A DNA stretch of 64,000 nt from an uncultured Rhodopirellula sp. (GTDB lineage Bacteria > Planctomycetota > Planctomycetia > Pirellulales > Pirellulaceae). Below are positions 20,054-30,539 of this stretch, one piece after another. The stretch spans positions 1 through 64,000 of the forward strand of contig CAXGAI010000003.1 of NCBI GenBank assembly GCA_964007735.1, given 5' to 3'. The translations under genes were made by a program, and so were the position numbers. Under the pieces are notes generated by a model. It had not been told where the DNA came from and ran no database searches. It saw nothing but the letters and a program-made list of their open reading frames with translations. Position 1 is the first letter of the stretch; every line of letters starts with the position of its first letter.

Positions 20054-22591
20054 ATGACCGTGCAGGAGTCTGCCAATCAAACCCCGCAAGATCGCCGCGG
20101 AAAGTCCTGGCTGCAGCATTTAGGAAAGGTTGCCGGCCCGATTGTCTTCGTTGTCATCGGTTTTGCCGCGATTTGCATCTGGCTGACCATCGACTGGTAT
20201 TCCTCTGCCCTCTCGGATGAAATCAATCCGGTGTACGTTGGTAAAAAGAAATGTACTGAATGCCACCAACAGGAAGCCGATAAATGGACCGGTTCTCATC
20301 ATGATTTGGCCATGCAGGTTCCTACCGAAGAGTCCGTTCTGGGTGACTTTAACAATGCTACGCTGGAACATCACGGAGTGAATTCCACGATGTTCCGCCG
20401 TGGTGATAAATTCATCGTCAACACTGAAGGGGAAGACGGTGAAATGCATGACTTTGAGATTAGATTTGTCTTTGGTGTCGAACCGCTTCAACAATACCTC
20501 GTGGAATTTGACCGGGATATGCTTCAACCCGAAAACGAGGTCGCCAGGCTTCAGGTATTACGTATTTCCTGGGATACGAAAAACAAGAGATGGTTTCACC
20601 TTGATCCTCCCGATGTGTACGAAAAACTGGAGCCGGAAGATGATTTACACTGGACCGGTGTAGCCCAGCGTTGGAATAATATGTGTGCCGATTGCCACAG
20701 CACCAACCTCCAAAAGAACTTTGATCCCCAGACAAACAGTTACCACACCACTTTTAGTGAAATCAACGTAAGCTGTGAAACCTGCCATGGTCCCGGTAGT
20801 GTCCATGTAGAGTTAGCAGAAGCTAAGTCGCTGTTCTGGGATCGCGAGCACGGTTACGGACTACCGAAGCTTAAAGGTAAAGACCCAGCAACGATTGAAC
20901 GACAAATTCAATCCTGTGCTCCCTGCCATTCGCGGCGCCGTATCGTCCATCCTGACTTTTCGGGGGGCAATAATTTTCACGATCACTTTGCCGGTGAGCC
21001 GATGCGACCAGAAACTTACCATAAAGACGGCCAGATCATGGACGAAGTATACGTCTTCGGTTCTTTTATCCAGAGTAAGATGTATCACAAAGGCATCCAG
21101 TGCACGGACTGTCACGATCCCCACAGTGTCAAAGTTAAATACGATGACAATCGCCTTTGTACTTCCTGCCATCAACATCCGGCCAAGAAATATGACACCC
21201 GTGCTCACCATCACCATAAACCGGGAAGTAAAGGGGCATCCTGTGTTGAATGCCACATGCCTGAAACTACCTATATGGCCGTTGATCATCGCAGAGATCA
21301 TAGCCTAAGAGTTCCCCGACCTGACCTCAGCCTTAAGATTGGGACTCCAAATGCGTGTGTTAAATGTCACCTCGAAGACGACATAGCACCATCAGCTAAA
21401 CTGGCTGAAGAGCGTAAAGAAGAATTACATATCAAACAGTATATTGATTGGGTTCGGCTTGCCTATGAGGGAGAAAAAGATGTCCAAAAGCAACTCGATA
21501 CCTTGAACACATGGGCTAACGAAGCCGTACTCAAATGGTATCCCGATTCCAAACATCGAGGAATGCACTTTGGCGAAGCTCTGCATTCAGCTTGGTCTCT
21601 TAGTGAAAATGCCAACGACGACATCATTAACCTTTTCGATGACCCCGATGCTCCGGCAATTGCCAAAGCCTCTGCTTTGATCTGGCTGGACCCATCTCGC
21701 AGTTCAGATGCTCTTGAAATCATCTTGGCTTCCTTGAAAAACCCCAATGAACCCCAGCTTCGAGTCGCCGCGATTCTAGCCCTCCAAAACTATCGGGACA
21801 TAGGCAGTAATAAGAATCCGTACACAACCATACGTAATCATGTCATCCCCCTCTTAAATGACCCGATTCGCTCCGTCCGCACGGCGGCCGCTCAGGTTAC
21901 CTCCGAGGTTCCTGCCAATTTCTGGCCAACTGGCGATATCACGTCATTCCAAAATGCTTTGGAAGAGCTCGAAAAAGGATTAATGGTGAATAATGACCGC
22001 GCGGCAACCCATCTGACCCTGGGCAGCATATATGAAAATCTGGGACAACACGCCAAGGCCGAAAATGCCTATCGTCTGGCGATTCAGGTGGAACCGAACG
22101 CAACTGGCCCTCGTTCAAACCTAGCTGAACTATTCACCAGGCTTGCCGAGAATATTGCCCGTCAGTATCAGCAAAACCCGCAGCAGGCTCCGCCCAATCT
22201 AAGGGAGAGGATCCAAGACTACCTCCTGGAAGCAGAGAATCTTCGCCAAGACGAATTTGTCAACTTTGAACGCGATGCTTCCTATGCTCCAGAAAATGCT
22301 GCCGTTCAATATCGATACGGACTGGCTCTTTATCGCAACGACCAACTGGACGAGGCTGTGAAAGTCCTTAGAAAAGTACACGACCTAGAACCCCGCACTC
22401 CCGTTTACATGATTGCTCTAAGTCGGTTACTCCAAACAACCGGCGAATATGATCAAGCGCTTAAAATCGCACAAAAACTCATCGAAATCGAACCACAACA
22501 CCAAGGATTCGTAGAAGAGCTAAAAGAACAAATTAAAAAACAGGGGGCCGAACAAGAACCGACGCCTCGGATCGATTCAAGTGAAGGGTAA
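20054..22591 (+). CDS. Membrane-anchored multiheme (8 CxxCH) cytochrome c with HEAT-like and TPR C-terminus
   Basis: N-terminal TM helix; CTECH, CADCH, CETCH, CAPCH, CTDCH, CTSCH, CVECH, CVKCH; C-terminal TPR-like helices. Confidence 0.88.
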   Translation: MTVQESANQTPQDRRGKSWLQHLGKVAGPIVFVVIGFAAICIWLTIDWYSSALSDEINPVYVGKKKCTECHQQEADKWTGSHHDLAMQVPTEESVLGDFNNATLEHHGVNSTMFRRGDKFIVNTEGEDGEMHDFEIRFVFGVEPLQQYLVEFDRDMLQPENEVARLQVLRISWDTKNKRWFHLDPPDVYEKLEPEDDLHWTGVAQRWNNMCADCHSTNLQKNFDPQTNSYHTTFSEINVSCETCHGPGSVHVELAEAKSLFWDREHGYGLPKLKGKDPATIERQIQSCAPCHSRRRIVHPDFSGGNNFHDHFAGEPMRPETYHKDGQIMDEVYVFGSFIQSKMYHKGIQCTDCHDPHSVKVKYDDNRLCTSCHQHPAKKYDTRAHHHHKPGSKGASCVECHMPETTYMAVDHRRDHSLRVPRPDLSLKIGTPNACVKCHLEDDIAPSAKLAEERKEELHIKQYIDWVRLAYEGEKDVQKQLDTLNTWANEAVLKWYPDSKHRGMHFGEALHSAWSLSENANDDIINLFDDPDAPAIAKASALIWLDPSRSSDALEIILASLKNPNEPQLRVAAILALQNYRDIGSNKNPYTTIRNHVIPLLNDPIRSVRTAAAQVTSEVPANFWPTGDITSFQNALEELEKGLMVNNDRAATHLTLGSIYENLGQHAKAENAYRLAIQVEPNATGPRSNLAELFTRLAENIARQYQQNPQQAPPNLRERIQDYLLEAENLRQDEFVNFERDASYAPENAAVQYRYGLALYRNDQLDEAVKVLRKVHDLEPRTPVYMIALSRLLQTTGEYDQALKIAQKLIEIEPQHQGFVEELKEQIKKQGAEQEPTPRIDSSEG

Positions 22592-22597
22592 TCCAGC

Positions 22598-23497
22598 ATG
22601 ACAATCAACATTGCCATCGTCCCTGTTGCAGGATTAGGCACAAGCGTCCTCCCACTAACGAAAAGCCAGCCTAAAGAGATGCTGGCGGTAGGTCGCAAGC
22701 CTGTAGTGCAATATGTTGTTGAGGAACTGGCCTCAAACGGCATTGAACGAATACTGTTCATTACAGCTCAGGGCAAGTCGTCTATTGCCGCGCACTTTGA
22801 TATTGATGAAAACCTAATCCAATACCTGCGCGAAACGGGTCGTGAAAGCAACCTGGCCGAATTGAATTACGAGCGGCAAAACATTGAATACTTTTATACC
22901 CGCCAGCGCCGGCAACTCGGCCTGGGGCATGCTGTCCTTTGTGCTGAACCACTTGTCGGCAAAGAGCCGGCGGTTGTCGCTCTGGGAGACTCCATCATTG
23001 GGCGCCACGCATCGAGCAATATTGTTTCCCGAATGGTTGACGCGTATGAATCGGAAAAGGCTGATGCGGTGATTGCTCTGGAACCCGTTGCGGCATCCGA
23101 CGTCGACCAATACGGAATCGTTGATGTCCGTGATGAAAATACAGATTATCTACGAATAACTGGTGCTATTGAGAAACCGCCTATCGCTGACGCCCCTACG
23201 AATCTTTCCATCGCAGCTCGATACGTCTTTAGTCCTGCAATTTATGAAGCTTTAAAAGACACACCCACTGACCGCCATGGAACTCTTCAACTCACCGACG
23301 CCATTGCTTACCTAATTGATCGAGGAGCCAAGATCGTTGGAATCAAACTGCAGTCAGATGTAAAGCGTTACGACATTGGCAACTTTGACAGCTACTTCAA
23401 GACGTTTTTAGAGTTCACACTCACGGATCCGATCTTTGGAACGGAAATGCAATCCTACGTTCGCGACTACCTGGCTCAGCAAGAAAGACAGGGCTAG
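22598..23497 (+). CDS. GalU-like UTP--sugar-1-phosphate uridylyltransferase
   Basis: AIVPVAGLGT..LPLTKSQPKEML, QLGLGHAV, ALGD, IEKP, QLTDAI, RYDIG. Confidence 0.88.
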   Translation: MTINIAIVPVAGLGTSVLPLTKSQPKEMLAVGRKPVVQYVVEELASNGIERILFITAQGKSSIAAHFDIDENLIQYLRETGRESNLAELNYERQNIEYFYTRQRRQLGLGHAVLCAEPLVGKEPAVVALGDSIIGRHASSNIVSRMVDAYESEKADAVIALEPVAASDVDQYGIVDVRDENTDYLRITGAIEKPPIADAPTNLSIAARYVFSPAIYEALKDTPTDRHGTLQLTDAIAYLIDRGAKIVGIKLQSDVKRYDIGNFDSYFKTFLEFTLTDPIFGTEMQSYVRDYLAQQERQG

Positions 23498-23500
23498 AAC

Positions 23501-24499
23501 ATGGAGATCATTCGCCGTCGCGCCTATGCGCGAGCCGGACTCATCGGTAATCCATCTGATGGCTACAACGGGAAGACCATTGCCGTTCTGGTTCCAAATT
23601 ACTTCGCCGAAGTCGTACTCTACGAATGGAAGGAACTAGAGATTGTCCCCAGCCAGGATGATCAGTCAAAATTCAGCTCCATTGAAAACCTTGCCACTGA
23701 CGTGCAATTGCACGGTTACTACGGTGGCATACGACTCGTCAAAGCCACCATCAAAAGATTTCTGGAATATTGTCAGGGTCGTCACGAACTGCACGACCGA
23801 AATTTCTCAATCCGCTACGAAAGTTCAATTCCAAGGGCTGTGGGCATGGCAGGTTCGAGTGGTATTATCGTCGCAACGCTCAGAGCATTGATGGATTTTT
23901 ACGATCTTGAAATTCCGATTGCCGTCCAGCCGTCACTAGTGCTCAGCGTGGAACAACAGGAACTTGGTATCCACGGCGGACTACAGGACCGGGTCGTGCA
24001 ATGTTTTGGTGAGCCGGTATATATGGACTTTAGTGTAGAAGCAATGCATGAATCCCACGGACTCATGTGTGGCCAATACAGTCCTGTTGCCAAAGACAAA
24101 TTACCTCCTCTCTACGTTGCATTCGATCAATCCACTGGAGAGCCCACCGAAGTCTTTCACAACAATCTGCGGGGACGATTCGAGCAGGGGGAAAAGGCTG
24201 TCGTTACAGCCATGGCGAAGTTTGCCGAACTGACCGTCAAAGCGCTTCAGGTAATCGAAACCGGTAACAAGCAACAATTGGCCGGAATCATTAATGAGAA
24301 CTTTGACATTCGCAGGTCAATCTGCCAACTTCCCACCGGTCAGATTCAAATGGTTGAGGTTGCAAGATCAGTGGGCGCGAGCGCTAAGTTTGCCGGTTCC
24401 GGGGGCGCAATCGTGGGAACCTATACCGACGAACGAATGTTCAAGCAATTAAACCAGCAACTTAAAGCAATCGGTTGCAAGGTCCACGCCATCAACTAA
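23501..24499 (+). CDS. GHMP kinase, glucuronokinase-like
   Basis: ARAGLIGNPSDGY, GYYGGIRL, IPRAVGMAGSSG, GLQDRV, MDFS, NENFDIRR, AKFAGSGGA; these match motifs I recall from plant glucuronokinase. Confidence 0.82.
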   Translation: MEIIRRRAYARAGLIGNPSDGYNGKTIAVLVPNYFAEVVLYEWKELEIVPSQDDQSKFSSIENLATDVQLHGYYGGIRLVKATIKRFLEYCQGRHELHDRNFSIRYESSIPRAVGMAGSSGIIVATLRALMDFYDLEIPIAVQPSLVLSVEQQELGIHGGLQDRVVQCFGEPVYMDFSVEAMHESHGLMCGQYSPVAKDKLPPLYVAFDQSTGEPTEVFHNNLRGRFEQGEKAVVTAMAKFAELTVKALQVIETGNKQQLAGIINENFDIRRSICQLPTGQIQMVEVARSVGASAKFAGSGGAIVGTYTDERMFKQLNQQLKAIGCKVHAIN

Positions 24500-24617
24500 T
24501 CTAGCATCTCACTTACCAATTCCCGGATCATCTTGACGAGGGCTCATCTCATTGACTTCAATTGGTTTGTATCTGCTAAGATAGGAGTATTCATTCGTTC
24601 TCATAATCTCCCGTAAA

Positions 24618-27600
24618 ATGCGCTCTTTATTATTCATCCTTGGCTCTTACTTTCTCTCGCTGCCCGTTCTTTCGGCAGATCCGTCGATTTCGTTTAGCAA
24701 AGAAGTGTTGCCGATTCTGGCCGAGAATTGTTTTCAATGCCATGGTCCTGACGACAACACCCGTGAGGCCGATTTACGGTTGGATTTGTTCGAAGATGCC
24801 ATTCGCCCACGCGATGGATATCAAGTCATCACCCCTGGTAATGTTAACCAGAGTGAGCTGATAAACAGAATTCTCTCAGACGATGAATCTATTAAAATGC
24901 CACCCCCAAACTTCGAAAAACATTTGTCGAAGCAGGACATCGCCATTCTACAAAACTGGATTGCCAATGGTGCCCAATTTGAACAACACTGGTCCTTTAA
25001 GCAGGTAGTCAAACCGGAACTACCACATATCAGCAGAAAAACACTCCGTTGGCAACGTAATGAAATCGACACCTTTGTCGGACACAAATTAGAATCCCAG
25101 AGAATCACGCCTTCACGAGAGGCTGTCGCTACCACGTTAGCTCGACGATTGTCACTCGATATTACAGGCCTGCCCCCGTCACCTGAATCCGTGCAGGAAT
25201 TTGTAGCCAACTATGATCCCGAAAATTTGGAAGACACCGCCTATACAGACTATGTCAATACCTTGTTGGAGTCCCCACATTACGGAGAGCGGATGGCCAT
25301 GTTCTGGCTTGATGCAGCGAGGTACAGTGACACCGATGGTTACCAAAGCGACTCAACGAGAAGCAATTGGCCATGGAAAGATTGGGTCATCAACGCTTTC
25401 AACTCGAACATGCCATTTGATCAATTTACGATAGAACAGTTCGCCGGAGACCTACTCCCGGAAGCGACAGCAGAACAAAAGCTGGCGACCTGTTTTCACC
25501 GAAACCATATGGCCAATGGAGAAGGTGGAAGACATCCGGAAGAATCCCGGATTGAATATGTTATCGACCGCGTCAATACAACCGGAACGGTTTGGTTAGG
25601 TGTCACACTCGGCTGTTGCCAATGTCACTCACACAAATACGATCCGATTTCACATCAGTCTTATTACGAAATGTTTAGTTTCTTCAACAGCATCGATGAA
25701 GACGGTAAAGCCGGCGGTGGCGCCAAGCCTTTCCTTTCTTATAAGCCAACCACAGTCGAACCCCACATTGCCACCACACAAAAACTAGTAAACGATCGAC
25801 TTCAGGCCGAACGGACTGAATACATTTTAGCTGAACAACGATTCAATGAGTGGCTTGACTTGACGATCGCTAATTTAAATGACGATTATCAGGCCTGGCG
25901 AGTATTTACACCGACTTCCATGTCCAGTGCCTTTGGAACCAAACTTACTGTAGTTGAGGATGGACTAATCTCGACCAATGATAAAAACCCACACCATGAA
26001 GACTTTCAGCTTACAGGCAAGACCGGTTTAAGTCGCGTTACCGGGATCAGAATTGAAGTGCCGCCTGCCGAGCAGAATACGAACGGCGCTTTCTCTCGTA
26101 GTGAGTCCGGACACTTTATCCTGACTGACGTCAAACTTCGGGTCGTCTCAACAGCCACGTCGACCGTACGCGATATTAAATTTGCACAAGCGATTGCAGA
26201 TCATCAAGCTGACCGCGGCAAGTACAACGGGTACGGACTCGTCGCTCACATCCTGGATGACGATCCACGTAATGGCTGGGCATCCTTCGACTCCGATATG
26301 AAAACACCCCGAATAGCTGTGTTAGCCCTCGAAAAACCGCTTGTGTTGACCCCCGAAGAGTCTATTTATCTCGAACTTCAACAACGATCGCTACAAGGAT
26401 CTCATAATCTGGGAGCTTTTAGAATCTCGTTAACAGACCGTGCAGGCAAAACAGTTCGGTCACTGGACAAAGCTCCTCTACAGAAACTCGCTGAATCTCT
26501 GGATACTTCACAGGACAAAATCGATGCAGGTCTGCGAAATGAGCTCCTTCAGCAATTTTTGATCGATGACGTCGCGTATCAACGAGTAAAACAACCGCTG
26601 ACTCAGGCACAGGCACAGTTGAGCGAATTTAAGAGTGCTGCCGGCGATAAACGAGTCATGGTATTATCCGAACGCCCTGAAGCTAGAAAGAGCCACGTTC
26701 TTTTACGAGGCGTCTGGGACGCCCAAGGTGAGGAAGTCGGAACGGGCGTACCTCCCGTTTTAGGCACCCTTCCGAAAGACGCTCCGAGCAACCGACTAGG
26801 ATTAGCACAATGGCTTGTAAATCGCGAGAACCCTCTCACTGCCCGTGTAACCACTAATCACCTCTGGCGACTCATTATGGGAAAAGGACTGGTAAGGACG
26901 GCCGAAGATTTTGGCGTTCAAGGGGAACTGCCGACTCACCCACAGCTTCTGGATTGGCTGGCCGCCGATCTGATGGAAAACAACTGGGACCTCAAGGGAC
27001 TCATTCGAAAGATCGTTGCGAGTGCTACTTATCGCCAGTCATCGGAACTGGGAGAAGATAAACGCAACCTGCTTGAGCAAGATCCCGAAAACCGACTACT
27101 GGCCCGAGCTGAGCGATACCGTATGCCAGCCTGGATGATTCGGGACTCCGCACTAGTAGCAAGTCAGTTGCTTGACACTTCAATTGGTGGTCCTCCAGTT
27201 CGTCCCTATCAACCCATCGGTGTTTGGGCAGATATCACCATGGGTCGATTCAAATATTCACCGAGCCAGGGTAATGCACAATTCCGCCGTACCGTCTATG
27301 CATTCTGGCGGCGCAGCGCCGCCCCGGCTTTTCTTTTTGATAATGCAAAACGACGCGTTTGCCAGGTTAAAACCCCGATTACCAATACTCCGCTGCAAGC
27401 TTTGACCTTAATGAACGACCTAACCTATCTCGAAGCTTCTCGGGTTCTCGCCCAAAATGCTATCACCTGCTCGGTCTTAATCGAGGAACAAATCAAGTTC
27501 ATTTATCAGCACTTGCTTAGCCGCAACCCAAATGCCGAAGAATTCAAAATTGTACAAATACAACTTAAAGAACTCGAAACCTTCTATCGCTCCCATCCGG

Positions 27601-27761
27601 AGCAAGCAAAGCGTTATCTTCGTCATGGACAACCGGAAACCATTCCCGAATTTGCCAGTGGATCTTTCCCTGACAGGCAACAGGAGGCCCCGCGACTTGC
27701 AGCACTCAGCAGCATTACATCGATGATCATGAACCTTGATGAGACTATTACGCGAGAGTAG
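24618..27761 (+). CDS. Planctomycete cytochrome C / DUF1549 / DUF1553 (PSCyt1-PSCyt2-PSD1) protein
   Basis: NCFQCHGPD, RRLSLDITGLPP, YGERMAMFWLDAARY, GCCQCHSHKYDPI, NPLTARV, PTHPQLLDWLA, NTPLQAL. Confidence 0.93.
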   Translation: MRSLLFILGSYFLSLPVLSADPSISFSKEVLPILAENCFQCHGPDDNTREADLRLDLFEDAIRPRDGYQVITPGNVNQSELINRILSDDESIKMPPPNFEKHLSKQDIAILQNWIANGAQFEQHWSFKQVVKPELPHISRKTLRWQRNEIDTFVGHKLESQRITPSREAVATTLARRLSLDITGLPPSPESVQEFVANYDPENLEDTAYTDYVNTLLESPHYGERMAMFWLDAARYSDTDGYQSDSTRSNWPWKDWVINAFNSNMPFDQFTIEQFAGDLLPEATAEQKLATCFHRNHMANGEGGRHPEESRIEYVIDRVNTTGTVWLGVTLGCCQCHSHKYDPISHQSYYEMFSFFNSIDEDGKAGGGAKPFLSYKPTTVEPHIATTQKLVNDRLQAERTEYILAEQRFNEWLDLTIANLNDDYQAWRVFTPTSMSSAFGTKLTVVEDGLISTNDKNPHHEDFQLTGKTGLSRVTGIRIEVPPAEQNTNGAFSRSESGHFILTDVKLRVVSTATSTVRDIKFAQAIADHQADRGKYNGYGLVAHILDDDPRNGWASFDSDMKTPRIAVLALEKPLVLTPEESIYLELQQRSLQGSHNLGAFRISLTDRAGKTVRSLDKAPLQKLAESLDTSQDKIDAGLRNELLQQFLIDDVAYQRVKQPLTQAQAQLSEFKSAAGDKRVMVLSERPEARKSHVLLRGVWDAQGEEVGTGVPPVLGTLPKDAPSNRLGLAQWLVNRENPLTARVTTNHLWRLIMGKGLVRTAEDFGVQGELPTHPQLLDWLAADLMENNWDLKGLIRKIVASATYRQSSELGEDKRNLLEQDPENRLLARAERYRMPAWMIRDSALVASQLLDTSIGGPPVRPYQPIGVWADITMGRFKYSPSQGNAQFRRTVYAFWRRSAAPAFLFDNAKRRVCQVKTPITNTPLQALTLMNDLTYLEASRVLAQNAITCSVLIEEQIKFIYQHLLSRNPNAEEFKIVQIQLKELETFYRSHPEQAKRYLRHGQPETIPEFASGSFPDRQQEAPRLAALSSITSMIMNLDETITRE

Positions 27762-27765
27762 ATTC

Positions 27766-29208
27766 ATGCCAGACCCTTTCTCAACAACACGTCGATACTT
27801 TCTTGGCCGGTGCACTGGCATTAGCTTGGGAGCGATGTCTGCAGGTGTTTTGCTCAACGAACCTGTTCAGGCAGTCCCCGAACGCAATAAAAATGGCGGG
27901 CTTACTGATCTGCCGCACCATGAAGTGAAAGCCAAGCGAGTTATTTATCTAACACAATCGGGCGGGCCGTCACAGATTGAACTATACGACCACAAGCCTG
28001 ACATGCATCAATGGGCCGGTAAAGATCTTCCGGAAGAGATTCGTCAGGGGCAGAGACTTACTACGATGACTGCCGGCAAAGCACAACTCGTCATGCCTTC
28101 GCATGCTAAGTTCCAACAGTGGGGGGAAAGCGGAGCAACTGTAAGTGAATGGTTGCCACACATTGGTTCGATTGCCGATGACCTATGTTTCATCAAGTCG
28201 ATGCATAGTGAATACATCAACCATGCGCCTGCGATGACATTCATGATGACCGGTAGCCAGATCCCGGGACGACCTAGCATCGGGGGGTGGGCCAGCTACG
28301 GACTGGGGTCGACCAATCGCGATCTACCTGATTACGTCGTACTTGTTTCCAAGATGCAGCGTCCCAGTGATCAACCACTCTACAACTACTATTGGGGCAA
28401 CGGATTCCTGCCATCACGTTATCAAGGTGTAAAATTCCGAAACGCGACCGAACCAGTCCTTTACCTGGAAGACCCTGATGGGCTTCCACGTGAAATGAGA
28501 CGCAAACTTCTTGATGGCATTGGCAAACTCAATGGTATTAAAGCACGTCAAAGTGGCGATCCGGAAATCGATGCACGTACGAAGCAATTTGAAATGGCTT
28601 ATCGTATGCAAGCCAGTGTACCCGAGCTCACCGATCTTTCGGATGAACCTGAAGAAGTCTTTGAGCTTTACGGACCGGACTCACGACGTCCCGGCAGTTA
28701 TGCTGCGAATTGTATCCTCGCGCGACGCTTGGCTGAACGAGGTGTCCGATTCACCCAACTATTTCACCCTGACTGGGATCATCATAGTCGCTTAAGCACG
28801 TGGTGCGTTGCCCGCTGCCGAGACACCGACCAAGCCACTGCAGCACTAATTATCGACCTAAAACGTCGAGGACTACTTGAAGACACTCTGGTTGTCTGGG
28901 GCGGGGAATTCGGTCGCGGTGTAGCTGGGCAGGGTAACTGGAATACGCCAAGTGCCGGTCGCGATCACCATCCTCGCTGTTTTACCTACTGGATGGCCGG
29001 TGGCGGAGTTAAAGCGGGGTATACACACGGAGCAACTGACGATTTCAGCTACAATGTTGCTGAAGGTCACGTTCATGTCCACGACCTACAGGCAACAATC
29101 CTGCACTTACTGGGAATCAACCATGAACAGCTGACCTATCGCTATCAGGGCCGCGACTTCCGTCTAACTGACGTCCACGGAAAAGTGGTAAAAGAGATCA
29201 TTCTCTAA
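27766..29208 (+). CDS. DUF1501 domain protein (Tat leader)
   Basis: TRRYFL leader, AKRVIYL..SGGPSQ, ARRLAERGVRF, WDHH, GEFGR, GRDHHP, HVHDLQATILH; usual partner of the PSD1 gene. Confidence 0.93.
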   Translation: MPDPFSTTRRYFLGRCTGISLGAMSAGVLLNEPVQAVPERNKNGGLTDLPHHEVKAKRVIYLTQSGGPSQIELYDHKPDMHQWAGKDLPEEIRQGQRLTTMTAGKAQLVMPSHAKFQQWGESGATVSEWLPHIGSIADDLCFIKSMHSEYINHAPAMTFMMTGSQIPGRPSIGGWASYGLGSTNRDLPDYVVLVSKMQRPSDQPLYNYYWGNGFLPSRYQGVKFRNATEPVLYLEDPDGLPREMRRKLLDGIGKLNGIKARQSGDPEIDARTKQFEMAYRMQASVPELTDLSDEPEEVFELYGPDSRRPGSYAANCILARRLAERGVRFTQLFHPDWDHHSRLSTWCVARCRDTDQATAALIIDLKRRGLLEDTLVVWGGEFGRGVAGQGNWNTPSAGRDHHPRCFTYWMAGGGVKAGYTHGATDDFSYNVAEGHVHVHDLQATILHLLGINHEQLTYRYQGRDFRLTDVHGKVVKEIIL

Positions 29209-29229
29209 GAAGCAAAGTGACACGGCTTC

Positions 29230-30330
29230 TTATTCACTAACGTTCATATAAACCTTCAAAGCGGTTGGTTCTTCGACTAACAGTCGCATTAATTCCTGAT
29301 AGTTGTCAAAACCATCCACCGGATTTGTCAGAATTCTGGCAATGACACCCGGATACATCACTTCGCCCAAAGCCAGATCTTTAATTCCTGATTCAAAATG
29401 CGTTTTATTAGCGTTGACACTACCCACAAGGAGTTTATTACCCAAAACCCACTCGATATTGATCTTATCCGAGGGAATTTCGACGGCTCGATCACCACCT
29501 GTAATGCTCGTCCATACAAGCACACCGTTGTGTCCAAGGTGGTTCATCGCATCAAAAGCTACCCCGCTGTGTCCGGTTGCATCCACAATCAAATCCGCTT
29601 TACCAACCTGCGCCACCAGTTGGTCGATGGGAGTTTCACGTGTCGAAACATAAGTTGCTTCAAGCCCCTCCACAATCTCGGAATTGAGGGTACCTTTAGC
29701 AGAGCGGGCCAACGTGTATACATCGAGTCCCCGGTTTTTAAGCACAAGCGTGCTCAACAGTCCAATCTGGCCAGCCCCCAATACGAATGCTCGTTCAGGT
29801 CGCCAGACTTTCATCCGTTGTTGAGCTTCGAAAGCCTGCTGAATCGCTTTCGCTGCGCAACTCATTGGTTCCATCAACACATGAAGATGCTGTAAGCCTT
29901 GAGGCACTTTGACGATATACTCTTCCGAATCCACAAAATATTCGGTTAAAAAACCGTGACGCAGATTAATACCACGTTCATAATAGGTTTCCTCACTGGT
30001 CATATCGTACGTACCAATTTGATCGTAAATAGACCCGCCAGGTCGACGAACGGTAGCCGTCACAAAGTCGCCAGGCTTGATTGTGCGAACATTGGCTCCG
30101 GCCTCTTCCACCACTCCAAACACCTCATGACCAATTGTCAGGAAGTCATATCCTTCCGGAGCGTTTCCGTACAAAGCGTCGTTAATTTCTCGATCCGTAG
30201 CATCAACGCCTACTTTGAGAACGCGAACCAGTACGCCCGTTCCATCAGCCACCTCCGTCAACGAAGGTTTGGGTAAGTCGGCCATGTGGACACTATTGGG
30301 CGTGCCAGGTTTAACAGCAATTGCTTTCAT
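29230..30330 (-). CDS. Glucose 1-dehydrogenase, zinc-dependent MDR family (archaeal type)
   Basis: [35 protein letters not shown]...HGF, EPMS, GAGQIG, VLGNK.LVGSVNA. Confidence 0.82.
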   Translation of the reverse strand: MKAIAVKPGTPNSVHMADLPKPSLTEVADGTGVLVRVLKVGVDATDREINDALYGNAPEGYDFLTIGHEVFGVVEEAGANVRTIKPGDFVTATVRRPGGSIYDQIGTYDMTSEETYYERGINLRHGFLTEYFVDSEEYIVKVPQGLQHLHVLMEPMSCAAKAIQQAFEAQQRMKVWRPERAFVLGAGQIGLLSTLVLKNRGLDVYTLARSAKGTLNSEIVEGLEATYVSTRETPIDQLVAQVGKADLIVDATGHSGVAFDAMNHLGHNGVLVWTSITGGDRAVEIPSDKINIEWVLGNKLLVGSVNANKTHFESGIKDLALGEVMYPGVIARILTNPVDGFDNYQELMRLLVEEPTALKVYMNVSE

Positions 30331-30539
30331 CAGTCTTATCGGTCTTTGTCTAATGAGATTTGGAAAGGCAGCGGCAAAGAGTTAAGTATAGATAGCAATC
30401 AGGAACTCGTGTAGACGACCAACCGCTGTGAGAAACCGACATCGCCTACGTCATTCCACACCATTTGTAAGATCTACCACTAAAGGGTTAAAATCAGCTA
30501 TAGGTCCAATCAAATAATCGATCGAAAGGGAATAAGACT

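Noticed and set aside
24618..29208. PSD1/DUF1549 plus DUF1501 pair as a novel system
   Set aside because: A well-known, highly paralogous planctomycete module; function unknown but not specific to this window.
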